Shown here: piece after piece, positions 11,918-24,214 of the stretch
How the letters are laid out: the number at the start of each line of letters is the position of its first letter
Position numbering within the stretch: position 1 is the first letter of the stretch
Assembly: GCA_002633005.1 (NCBI GenBank)
Contig: NMRA01000002.1
Span: 1,705,023-1,769,022 of the forward strand
DNA: 64,000 bases
DNA from: Phoronis australis
Lineage: Eukaryota > Animalia > Phoronida
Direction of reading: 5' to 3'
Position numbers and translations under genes: made by a program
The notes under the pieces: generated by a model
What the model was told of the DNA's origin: nothing
The model's database searches: none
The model's input: only the letters and a program-made list of their open reading frames with translations

Positions 11918-13781
11918 TAAAACAGTTGGAAGAACATAACTAGTTGACACGCAGGAAAATCTAGCCTGATCTGCGCCAACTATTTTGATTATACTGTACG
12001 AGACGCAATAGCTCTCCTTATATACTTTTGTCGAAGTTTTATTTGCCTTTTCGGGATTGATCGTGCCAATCTTTTAAAAAAAAATTAGGTGCAACATTAT
12101 CAACTTTGTGTTTGCCACATGTGCTTGTAAGAAAAGAATCAAACGCGACCCCCAAGGCATTTCATTTCAGTGACACAACTTAAAGGGGCATTATCTGGTT
12201 TACGTCCAAAAATGTTTTGCAATTTATTCCTGTATGGGATTGATTTATTGGAGTATTAGTTTTGACTAGTCAGCTATATAACAGCAGAATCCGTTGCTTT
12301 TGTGATTTTGTTATAAATCGTCTATTCTCAGTCACTGTTGTCAGCCAGACATTCGCCAAAACCATGGCCTATTTTTTTCCAACTTAATTGCTCTTGTAAT
12401 GCTTGTACTTTTATCACAGCAATAAGATATTCAGCTCAGTCAGCAGATCTAGAGGGTTGGCTGCGATCGCCGCGGAGGTTACAGGTTCGAATCCGCACAG
12501 ACGCTCATTTCAGAACATATAAAACACCTTTTCTCGTCGATAATGCCCTAATGGTCACTATTTATATTTTGCCGGATAACTTAAGATCATTCAATTTCTA
12601 GATCATGTGATAATTTCTCTCAAAAATGTACATAACTATCAAAATACGTGTGTGCCGAGAGCGCTATCGGTATATTTGTCCAAATTACGGTTTTGATGTA
12701 TTTTTTGTATCCTAATAAAACGCAAACAATTTCGATCTCAATAGCCTTGATTTTCATGTATCAAAAATTATGTACCCATCAAATTAGATTGTAACGATTC
12801 ATAACTCTCGAACTGCTTGGCAGTTCTTAAGATTTTTGACGCTATTCTTATGACAATTTCAAAGACATAGAGGCCAAGGTTAACAGACATGGTGTCAGTG
12901 ACTATGCAGTGCTTCACAAAATTAATCATTTTAACGTCTACTTATGATTTATTACTTTAGGCGATTTCCGTTTCAAAATACACGTTTTTATGAATACCTT
13001 GTTCCTTTTATCTTCTACTCTGTCCCTAATTAGAACAATTTGACATTTGTAAATATCTATCCATGTATTTCTCTAGCGGCTCGTGGAAATGGGGCTCTTG
13101 GAATCGATGTGTCATCTCGGGAGCCCGGTTTATTTTTATTTTTCATACAATTCAAGGTCATATGGTGTCAAGGTCAGCGTTCTTTTTTCATACAACGTAT
13201 GAAGGCGACCACAACCCTAAGACAAGACTGGTGTCGTCACACCGGAAAAAGGTAAAATGGCCGATTCTGGGCTTTGCGCGACAATTTGTAGCCTTCAAAT
13301 AAATTCAATAAATTAACAAAGATTCCACAAAAATGAGTGTAAATTGAGTGTAGTCTCTTACTGCAGAACTGACCCACCTTCGACACCCTAGGCTAAGGTG
13401 CCAGACATGGCCCAGTCCGGTGGAGCTCCAAGAAAAACCGTGGGGTCCGACAGCGTCACTCCGACGAACGGCAGACTTTGCCCAGAAGACCAGACTGAAA
13501 TCTAAACTGTATGGCCAGGAACGAAGAAGAAGAGAATTAAACAGTAATCAGATGATAAAACTTCGTTTTTGAAAAGAAAGCGCACTGACCTTACACGAAT
13601 GTGAATTATCGTTAAAGCAAGAAAAAAAAAACTTGGCACCCCAGAATGACAATTTTTATAAAACTTGCACATACGTGCCGCATTTATGTATCGGGTTTTC
13701 TGATATTAGACCCATAGTCTGATATTCGGTAAGCGACCTTTCGAAAACGTCAATTGAAACCGAAAATACGCCCTACATCCG

Positions 13782-14280
13782 TTAGGTTTCTTAAATTTTA
13801 TATTTTCTAGTTTTCCTCTGTGTATTTGGTTATATCTTTCATTAAAAGGGTGATTGGACAATAAATTTCTTATTCTTTTCACAAAATGTTGTTTTAAGCG
13901 TTTTGCCGTGGTACTCGGTATTCTCCTTGTTATCCGTTTGCAGTTAAGCGACTGAGAAAAGCACGATATCCCATCTACGCTAAACAAGTTACGTAACCAC
14001 TTCAATGTCCGGGTAGTCACGTTGTTTTTCGCTAGTTGCAGTGCTTACAGAATTTCCGATTCGGTTTAAGATTTCCATTCACATGAGGAATATACGTTAA
14101 GGTCTGGATATCTACTAGGTTTCTAAAATTCGATATTTTTAGGTTTCTTCGGTGCATTTGGGTTTATCTTTAAATTAAAGGCGACTGAATGGCAAATTTG
14201 TTTTATTTTTCAAAAAATGTTGTCTTAAGCGTTTTCCCGAGGCATTCTGAATTCTCTCTATTACCCACCTGCATTTAAAT
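13782..14280. repeat. Diverged direct repeat, two units about 334 bp apart
   Basis: taggtttcttaaattttatatttt...aaaatgttgttttaagcgttttgcc recurs as taggtttctaaaattcgatatttt...aaaatgttgtcttaagcgttttccc. Confidence 0.6.
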
Positions 14281-17200
14281 ATTGTCAAATATTCCGCGCT
14301 GACGTTTCCCTTCACCTACATTTTAACTCTTGGCATTGTTACCCAAAACCATGCGACAACATTCTCTGGATAAAATCCTAAACCAAAGTATCTCTTGTAC
14401 TACACGATTTTTAGCTCCTATGACCTTTTCAGTCATAGTTTTTCGCATCAAAAGATACATGTGCATTTTCATCAACTTAGAAATGATTAATTTCTAATGT
14501 TCACTTTTCATTAGTTAAAGCATAACTCCTCATTGCCGCAAAAATCGTCTTGCATTGGTGCCCATTAGCAGCCGTTTAGCGGAATTTGCGAGGCCACGTG
14601 AGAGTTTGCATTTTTTCTTTTAGAACTTTATGTGGGTATTTTGAAATTTGTAACTGCATGAGCCGAATGTATACGATTTAAGGATATTTGGCTGTAAACT
14701 GAAATACCAATACAATTGTATGTCTGCTTCCAGGGGAGCCATTTGCGATTGATGCAAATTTTTAATTGGTCATTACTTAAACTCGTGATTGTAATTCCCC
14801 ACGAATTCTGTTACGCATGTCTAACTCATTGGTATAGGTCAACTTTGCACTATCTTTATAGAGCGGGGTCACGAGCGGTAAGTGTTCGGAGATCAGTGAA
14901 GCTCTGTGTCTTGGTATTAAGGTTTCCTATAGAGCGGAACTCCACAGTCACAGAACAGAGGAGTTGCAGTATATTGGGAAAGCTCCACGAGACAGTTTTT
15001 CACAACTCTCATTCGATATTCATGATTCAGTACGATTCGCGTTGGCATTTGCCAATTAATTTGCCTCACCTGATTTCACTGCATTCACAAGTTGTCATTC
15101 TATCTCACAGCTCTGTTGTATCTCAAATTACCAAAGGTGACCATGCTGAACATTTGCTGATGAAACCTGAACTCATGTGATACGTATATTCGTTGGCATA
15201 AGTTATATCGACGTTGAAAAACAAAGCTACACGACGCAAAAAGCTAAAATTTCCGCGGAAAACAATACGCATGTTCTCAAGATTCAAATAAAAGTTTAAC
15301 CTCAATAGTGAAATGCAAGAAAGAAATTGAAGGTTTAAAGGCACGAACTATCCGATTTAATTTCTTTTTTACCGCTTTGGTCAGTCTATGTTACCTCGTG
15401 ATTTTTCCATCATACCGGGCCAAAGGTGTCGCATATCGTGTGAGGAAGATGACGACACAAAGCGATGACGTCAATGGATCTTACGATGAGTATGTGTCGT
15501 TTGGAAATGGAGCGAAAATGTGTTCAGAAAACTATGCATAAATTATAATTGAATTTGTTCCCGTTCTTCAAATGCAATCAGATTATAACTGAAGCCGACT
15601 GTGAGTGCCAATGTCAATCGTTACTTCAATGGTGGATGAAGACCAGCTATTGAAATAAGGATTCGATTGCATGCCACGAGACTACAGGGAAATCCCAATA
15701 TAACGCCCACCAACTGTTTTTGTAAAACTTTTGCTCAAACGTATTTTGAGTAACGGCGCCGAGGGTGACTAGTGATGTAGCCTAGCAGGTCCGTCCTGTC
15801 CACCGGCAGCGCACAACATGAATTACATCAGTTGTATTTGCCGTTTGGGAATATAAGTGTTCAACTTCAAGAATTGTCGGTGCTTAAAGCTTTGAGACCG
15901 CACCACTTGATCACCGGGTCGGGGCCGGGTTCCGCTCGAACGGTCACTCGGCGAAGTTTATATCTCTAACCTGAACAATAGGGCTGTCTCGTATAGAAAT
16001 TTCCTTTGTTCTGGAGGTAGGAAAACGCGTTTTATAAATGCCGAGCTAATTCTAGTAATCATGTTGAAAACATCGTATGCAAGCTGGATCACTTCTTAAG
16101 TGTATTCAACATTTTGCGTCGGAGATGCCGACTACACAGCACAACTATATGACTGATGGTTTTAAAAGGTAGAATGCGGTTAATGCAGTCAAGAAAAGCT
16201 TGAAAAAAGCAAGGCACCAGCCAATAACTCCAGTGGAGCGAAAACGATGCTAGAGAACTGCTTGACCGATGCTGCAGCATTGTGGGTAAATACCATGAAA
16301 TTCAAGTGTCGCTGTGTAATCCGAGACCCACGTCGATGATTCTTTATTACAAAACACGTAAAAATTGTGGCCTGCAATTTACCAAACAAGCGCATACTTT
16401 CCGCGGCCAGATATTGAAATTTGCCGGCCTCGAAACTATAGGGGACATCTGGCCGTTCTTCACTGTATCTTCAAATTCTTAGAAAATTAGTAAATTGTGA
16501 AATAAAACAACCCTTTAGTTCGAAATTTGAATGTATCAGCAAGGGGAGCACATCGTTGTTTGGTGCAAAACGATAAATCCAGGCAATGAATTTTCTTGAA
16601 TCGTGTTAAGAGTGAAGTTCGCCACTCACAACCATAATCGTTGACGTCACACGCTAATTGTAGCACCTAATTCGTCTGCCGTATAGTATCAGGTTAAATT
16701 AAATAACTGAACGTGTCGTTATCGAATGGAACTAGTTGAGCTGATCTGATGCAAAATACGTTGTTTTTTGCTGACGGCATGCTCATTTAAAACCACTGCA
16801 TCCTCCATTACACCACACAGGCAAAACAATGGATTTGGGGGAAAATGAAAATGCAACGATCCGAAATATCAGGCCATGCGCTTGTATTCGACTTTGAGGT
16901 CATAAAATTTCTTTAGATGTAATCCAGTTGTCATTTTTCTAAGCCATTGCTTGGATTTCTGCTAACCAACACACTTAAGAAAGTGTTGACTTACTAAAGC
17001 CATTTCTTGAAAATATTGAATTAAATGATAAAACAAATAAGTACGTGATGCAGAGGTTAGGATGGAAAACATAGCCCTTTAGACGAAAAGGCGTGTTTCC
17101 TGAAGAAATTAAAACTCCTTTGGTCTTTTGTTCGAATATTTGCTCATGAAGGCGCGGTCTCATTAGTAAAATGACAAGTGCAAGAAATCAAAACACAACA

Positions 17201-17568
17201 GTTTTATGTTTATCATTGATTCATGAATTCTTATATTATAATTAGCTAGTCATGTTTGACATGGAAATGGGGTTAGTTGGAAACAGTGGTAGACAATGGG
17301 AGCGTTTGATACTTTTCTCACAATTTGAACCATTAATGATTTTACGCTATAGAGCTGTTTCTACACATTTTTATTACACACATAGAAAAATGACCGAAAT
17401 TACTAAATTAAACTGCATATGCAATAAAACTAAAACATGACTGCATTAGAGGTGGGTTACACAAAGCATCGAGCTATACGCTGTTTAGCTTTGATTATTG
17501 CATGACACCAATCCCATTGTTCAACTATAGCCCCGTGGCGCGTGTTAATGAGATGTAATTGTTGCAAT

Positions 17569-19599
17569 TAGACCGGCAGCCCAGAGCACTTAGAACAGAT
17601 GAACGAGCTACCAATATCTGAACATAGGAGCACTTAGAGCCTAGAGTCTGTATATACATGTATAAAAAGGACGTGTGCCGTTGTCTCCACTCTGGGTGTG
17701 ACCCTTGGGGAACTTACAGGGGGGCCAAAATGAGCTAGATTAGATGTTCGAGGTACCGCTCTAAACACCGAATGACCCATGACAGACAAATTGCACTCTG
17801 GAATGGGTTTGGCCGAAACCAAGAAAGGACTCTCCAAAATGAGATAGGTCATACATTCGAGATATCACAAAAAACAACTTGATTCAAAACATGTCACTGA
17901 TCACTAAATGCCCCATGACAGACAAAATACATTCTGAGTCTTACGGAAGTACAAGAATTCGCCATGAACTGCAAGCGACGAACGTGATCACTCCCCCTTT
18001 CTAATCGAAATTCTTGATTCTACGAAACTCAACCAATATTTAACTGGGATCTCCATTATCCAATAGGCCTATTGATCTGGCTTTACTTTGGTAGCACGTT
18101 TTCCGTTATACAAAATTCGTAAAATACACGACACTTGTCGTTACCAATCTTTATTCCATTCCGTTTGACACCCAACAGAAAATTGGTGAAGCGACTGACC
18201 AAGAGGCTTGATTAAAAGACACACGATATTTCTAAATATACTTATTTCATTCCCAAGTGGATATAAAATGACGCAGTAATACCACCACAGAACAAAGCCA
18301 GTAACTTGCACAGTGGGACATGGCAGGTGCGAAATATTGCTGCAAAGAATGGAGGGGGTGGGGAAGAGGAAAGTCACGCAAACACGTGTAGCGTGCGACC
18401 CTGTTTGCTGCTCATTCAACACAGGCTTCTCGAATGCAAACGGAAAGGGCTCCAATACGTTTAATCGCATCATGCTCTAAGTATCGAATTGACGTGTTTT
18501 CCACAATTTCATGACGGGTGATTGGAGTCCCTTTTGATAAGTTTTGATTGCTTTCGTGAAGCCTGTTTTGAATGAGCAGCAAACACGGTCGCACCGCACG
18601 CTACACTCGTTTGCTTGATTTTCCTGTTACCCCCTCTATTTGTCATTCTTTGCAGTATTTCAAGCCTGCTGCGTCCCACTGTGTTTGTTTAGCTTTTGCT
18701 CTGTGGGGTATCACTGCGTCATTTTATTTCCACTTGAGAATGAAACAAGAAAGTTTCAAAATATCCCATGTCTTTTAATCATGTCTCTTGGTAAGTTACT
18801 TTAACAATGTCCTGTTGAGTGTGAGCTTTTTTCCGAGGATACAAACGGAATGTAAGAAAGATTTTTAACCACGACAAATGTGTATATACCCAATTATCTA
18901 ATATATCATACATTTTCAACTGAATTACGTTATTGAGATTTCTGGGGTTGGCGCGCACAACCCAGAGTGGGTTTTGTCTGTCACAGGCCATTTAGTAACC
19001 AGTAACTTCTGTTTGGAATTGTTTATTATGGTACCTCGAATATATGGGCTAGCTTCTTTTTGCGAGTCGTTTTTTTTGTTTCTGGCGGGCCCTTTCCAGA
19101 GGACAATTTGTCTGTCATGGGCCCGATGTTCGTTGCGGCACGATTGTTGGTTTTAAGTCAGTTTTACTAGGTACCTCTCGAATATCTAATGTAGCTCAAA
19201 ATTTCAATGACATACCGTGGTTGAAATGTTTTGGGATTTCTGGCGGGCACAACTCAGAGTGTACATGTATTTTATCTGTCATAGGACATTTAGCGATCAG
19301 TGACATATATTGAATCACATGGAACTGTTTTTTGTGGTACCTCGAATGTATGAGCTGGCTCATTTTTGGGGGTCCTTCTTAGTTTCTGCTGGACCCATTC
19401 CAGAGTGCAGTTTGTCTGTCATGGGTCATTCGGTGTTCAGAGCGGCACTATTTTCCGTTTTAAATCAGTTTTGGCCGGTACCTCGAACATCTAATATAGT
19501 TCATTTTTTGGCCCCAGGGGTCACAACCATAGAACAGACAACGGCAGACGTAAGGTGGACTCTAAGTGCTAAGTGTTGGTACCTCTGGGCTGCCGACTA
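17569..19599. mobile_element. Foldback-like DNA element with long modular inverted arms
   Basis: About 17630-17940 is the reverse complement of about 19250-19570; outer ends cggcagcccagag / ctctgggctgccg; the right arm is built of tandem subunits of about 150 bp (18945-19500). Confidence 0.75.
18216..18774. mobile_element. Palindromic Kolobok-like MITE with TTAA TSD, nested in the foldback element
   Basis: TTAA|aagaca...tgtctt|TTAA; arms of about 230 bp are mutually reverse-complementary (e.g. tgtttgctgctcattcaa / ttgaatgagcagcaaaca). Confidence 0.75.
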
Positions 19600-19724
19600 T
19601 ACCCAGCGTATAACTTATGCAAGAGATCCCAGGAAATTTTTTGTAGCAGATGTCATTAGTAATTGTAACACATATGAATATAATAAAAACAATCTTGGAA
19701 AGCTTTGTTTCAAAAACAAATTCA

Positions 19725-20260
19725 AAGAATCACGTGCTCCTACTCACAAAGCGTTGCTGACACTAAAGCAATGCCATTGGCCTTGCCTTGAATGCTTCTG
19801 ATGAATGTGAGTCTTTGCTGTTGTGGAAACCATTTTAATGTTGTCACCTTCGCAAAATTTCCACCGTTTCCGTTCAGCATCAACTTAAACGCTGGTAATA
19901 GTCTGAATAGTGCGGCACCTTTGCTATGCATTCATTAAACCTGTGGTCAAATTGAGCGTTTCAGTTGTAAAGAAATGGTATAGTCACACACCTAAGGTAG
20001 TATTCCTCGGCATTCTGATACATTTGTTTGGTTGATTTTGAGGCTCTTGGCACATCAACTGTAAATCCAACAACCGCTGCGCATTCGAATGGCGCCATAA
20101 ATTAGTGGTCAAACTCGTCTTCTGTCTCCGTTGACATGTTTCTCGTCCGCTCCTCGCATTCACCAACCATCTTGTAGGCATCTGATACATCAATCTTCTT
20201 CTCTTCTGCAGTTTTGCTGAGATCAGATGAACGGTTTCCAACACACGTCGTGTGGCTAAG
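19725..20260 (-). pseudogene. Degenerate hAT transposase fragment (THAP12/PRKRIR-like C-terminal half)
   Basis: Frame-hopping translation reads LISAKLQ..IDVSDAYKMV..EDEFDH..VDVPR..EEYYLR..TIPFL..RFNE, followed by a dimerisation-like segment; many stops and frameshifts. Confidence 0.6.
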
Positions 20261-20548
20261 AATGCAGTTATGCTTCGGAACTACACTGTGTACGATTTAA
20301 AAACATGTCTTGGATATTCGCCCTGGTTTATTGATACCACCTCGGACATTGTCAGAGATTTTCACGATATACTTGAGAGTGCGTCACCTGCAAAATCCAA
20401 CATGACTTAAAAACATTCAAAATATCCATAAATATCACAAAACGCATCAAAATATGTACGACGTTCAACTCGGTTGATTTTGGACAGGTGAGCTATGTTT
20501 TATTTCCTTTTCATCTCATCTACAATGATTCGGCTTTTCAAACATAGG

Positions 20549-22119
20549 CCTATGTTCTAGAAAATATTGCCCGTTTTGGAGATGTGTCGAAGAATACGAA
20601 AACTGCAATCAGTGTACCAAACACGTTGCGAATGCCTTTAATGATACAGGCTTCAGCAATGCTGATATTTAGAACATGCAGTGAATGTACAAAAAAATAC
20701 CGGCGATCTGATACACGTTGTACAAAGCCCTCCGGGAAAATTGTGTGACTCGATCTGAAACACCAGCGTTTTCTGAAGACATACAAGTGGCGCCTTTATA
20801 GAGGTCTGTCGTCTACATTTATATTTTGTTAATATTTTGTACCAACATACACATGTAGGTGAGCAAACCCCAGTTGCCAGCTGATTTTGATATCATTGAC
20901 TTCATATTCAAGGTCACAACCATAAAATGGCTGAGATTAATGTTGCAAAAAGGGAGCTTTTGATTTTGTTCCTACACGTATTTATTAATTGAACCAGTTT
21001 GTATGGGTAGGACATCTTTAGGCTCCAGTCGACTCTGGCGGCCTTTCATTTACTTCTTTTTTAATACCATAGAGAGATGTTTAAGATTTTGACCGATGCA
21101 ATATCTCAGAATTAAAAAGGAAGTTTTACAATTCGTCGATATTTTATACCGAGAGGTAGGCGGGGCATCTCTTTTGGCGACCTCGACATTGTTTTCAACG
21201 ATAAGAAAGTCAAGAGTTCTAGTACTGGGAGGATATGTTGTAGGTGCTACGTTTCAGGAAGGACATTTTTTGTTCGTAATTTTACCGAGATGTTGGGGGA
21301 GGGGCATCTCCAGACGCCAGTTGAGTTTGAACATCGTGACGTCAATTTCAAAGATCACAACGAGAAATTTAAAAGTTCGACTGGGAAAATGCATCCTAGA
21401 GAGTAAGCTTAGCAATTTTTTATACTTTGCTCTGAGATGTAGGTGGGGCTTACAAAAGGTTTCCATTGGGGCAAAAAGTAACCGCTCTACCATAGTCTCT
21501 ACCGCAAACAAGTGGCGCTGCATACAATAGCGAATCACGTGGCGGTTTAATTACCGCTCGTTGCATTGCTATATCGGTGCTCAAGGGCTGTGATCTTGAG
21601 GATGAGATTTGTTGACTTTTTGCTGAGAGAATTATGATGGCAATATAAAAACAGAACGATGTTTGTATGTTAACCGTTGAAAAGAGTTGGCGCTGCAGTT
21701 TTGTGATGCATCAATTAAACCAAGTCACAGTTTTACATACATTACGGTGATCTTTATCGCAATTATGAACGTAGATATTTTAACCAAGAAAAATAAATAA
21801 GTTATGTGGCAAAACTGTCGAAATGCTTTCAAATGGAAACGTATTTTATCAGCTATCACACACAGTGAAAGGTCTTCGTTTCTCAAAAATTTCCGACCCT
21901 CAAATTAAAAACATCGTCCGTCACCGCATGACGTCAGTTTCAAGAACTCGCAACGTTTCCATTATAACTCGGTACACGAGACTGACGCACAAAAGAATCA
22001 TTAGCGTACATCGGTAAACTTAAGTTGCGTTGTTGCTCAATGATTAGCACTGGTTGATAAGTCTTGACAGGTCAAGCTCTGATCCGATGATTAACGACCG
22101 TCTATTTTCTAGAACATGG
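20549..22119. mobile_element. Non-autonomous DNA transposon with TIRs
   Basis: atgttctagaaaata at 20552 and tattttctagaacat at 22103; possible AGG target duplication; no credible ORF inside. Confidence 0.5.
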
Positions 22120-22813
22120 AGGAATTACTAGGAACTTACCTGCTAAAGTGTTTCGGTTCTATTGTGTATGAGGAAAAGCAAATGGCGGTGTTATTTGCGA
22201 CTAAAATTCAAATTTTGGAAAAGGCATCAGGGTAATAAACCAAGTACTCAGAAAGAGAGTTTTTATAGGTTGAACCAACTTGAATAATGTGTATATTGAC
22301 TATTATGAAGTTATCGTTTTGTGACTTGATATTTTGCTGTTTTTTTAAATTGTCATAAACACACCTACTGTGAAAGAATATTGAGCTTTGATTTAATAAG
22401 TTATATCTTGACAGAGGCAATGGTCAGTAAGCAAGATGACCAACCGAGTCTAAACAACTATCCAAGAAGCGCTGAAATCACTTTTTATCTGAGTAAGGAA
22501 TCAGTTGACAGTTGTTTTTAACCGCTGTTGCTCTACTGACCACGATTTATTTTGTGAAAAAGTAGACTCAGAGCAGCTGTGCTATGTGGAAGGTTAGTTA
22601 AATTTAATAACTCAAGCCAGATACATAACTCGAGAAGAAAAGCAGAATAAATAATCGTTATTAGTTTTCAACAAGTAATTTATTTGGATTTCAATTGGTA
22701 TTTTAAGTCGCTGTCCAGTAAACTGGTTTGTAAACAATCTGTAAAGACTACAGTCAACACACCAATGCAGAATAGTGCAACAACGTGTCCTCGAGAGAAT
22801 GCCTTTAATTGTC

Positions 22814-22889
22814 GTTGCCATGGTAAAACATATACGCTTGTCTGGGGTAAACAATTTACACGCGCTGTTTGACCAATATACGCTCAGTC
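22814..22889 (+). promoter_or_regulatory. Candidate promoter: RFX X-box-like, CCAAT and Inr elements
   Basis: GTTGCCATGGTAAA at 22814-22827, CCAAT at 22873 and TCAGTC at 22884, directly upstream of the ATG at 22904. Confidence 0.35.
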
Positions 22890-22903
22890 GTCAATTGTCC
22901 GCA

Positions 22904-23263
22904 ATGGGTTGTACTCCCAGTTCCACTCGACGTCCGCCGCCCCAGAGGAACATCGCACATGTGTTGTCAGGCTTCGTTCAAGTTCAAGCTGCGATTACCC
23001 TGCCCGCTATAGACGAACTTCCTCTGATCAACGTGAAAAATAACATCGTTTCATCACAAATACCTCTGGCACAGGTAAGCAGTGTAACAGAACCCGTGGC
23101 AACGGGCTTTTCAAGTCATTTATCTTCGGAGGATCTCCACTCGTCGTTTATCGAAGAGATTCGTACATTCAACTTAGAGGTTGAACGGCAAAGAAAGCAG
23201 GCGGCTGAAGAAACATCGACGTTAAAGACTACTAAGACATTAACGTCGCAGAAAACTCCCTAG
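22904..23263 (+). CDS. Hypothetical 119-aa protein with N-terminal MGCTPS dual-acylation motif (or exon 1, 22904-23074, of a spliced gene)
   Basis: gcaATGG start context; MGCxxS motif; protein-like composition with a charged helical tail (FIEEIRTFNLEVERQRKQAAEE); strong internal donor CAG|GTAAGC at 23075. Confidence 0.4.
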   Translation: MGCTPSSTRRPPPQRNIAHVLSGFVQVQAAITLPAIDELPLINVKNNIVSSQIPLAQVSSVTEPVATGFSSHLSSEDLHSSFIEEIRTFNLEVERQRKQAAEETSTLKTTKTLTSQKTP

Positions 23264-24092
23264 TCGCAGAGTCAAGAAAACGAGTTTCTTTAGCAATGAT
23301 ACTTATAGTTTATACCGTGGAATAACGGTTCCTGTTTTCTTTGAGGAGACGTAGGAAGCTATTACGGCGATCAGGATCCAACAACAAGTTATCAAGACAC
23401 GCTATAGCGAACCGTCGATGATGTTATTTTTGACAGTATTTAGAATGTTTTCACAACAGTGAAGCATCGCAGCGTTATTGATCCCCGTCGGTGATCCACC
23501 TGCAGCATTGAGAAGACGTGTTATAGAATATTGTCGTCTGCAGTATGTGTGCTCGATCTCACTGGAATCTATTAAAGATGGGTTTGTAACCCTACCTTAT
23601 GTGAAGTGTGCCTGCATTGTGATCGTGACTTTCGCAAACAAGAAGACACATCCACGCCCAGCGGGTTCGCAACGGACAAATTGAGTACACCTTTGTCAGT
23701 ATGATGGTTATTTTTAATTTCGACAGTATATGTGTTGACTTTTTTTGGCAGTCATAAATTTTCTTGAGACATTGTTGTGTTACTGATCGGCACTGCTGGG
23801 CGCAGTATACACTCGCATTGTATTAGAACATAATCACCTACAGTATAATTGAGACGGGACTTCCACCATTCCGTGCTCAGTGAAATTCACTGGACGGACA
23901 CAAAGACTTTAATTCTCAAGTTCCTGTAGATTTTAATCTCCGTTGGTGAAACACTGAGGGCTTGCACATTTATTTTCACCGCTAGGATCACTAGGGTCCT
24001 TCTGGTCGCCGTCTTTCCTTGTACAGTATTAGCATAACTTTTCACATCAAGCAGGTTCGGGAATGAAATGAAATCACATGAACTTATGCGCA

Positions 24093-24214
24093 ACCTTATA
24101 ACCCTAACCCGAATCCCAACCCTAACCGCCTGACTCTAAACGCTAACACACCGTCCCTGACCTTATAACACTAACTCTACTTACCGCAGCTCTTACAGTA
24201 AACCTTACCCTAAA
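24093..24214 (+). repeat. Degenerate (CCCTAA)n-like tract
   Basis: accctaacccgaatcccaaccctaacc...cttaccctaaac. Confidence 0.5.

Noticed and set aside
12426-12510. tRNA-like sequence (AGCTCAGT A-box, GGTTCGAATCC B-box)
   Set aside because: No acceptor or anticodon stem can be formed; it is probably a SINE- or transposon-borne relic. The same applies to about 5085-5110 (minus strand) and 59805-59860.
24093-24214. Interstitial telomere or chromosome fusion scar
   Set aside because: Short, highly degenerate and single-orientation; such tracts are common inside repeat elements.
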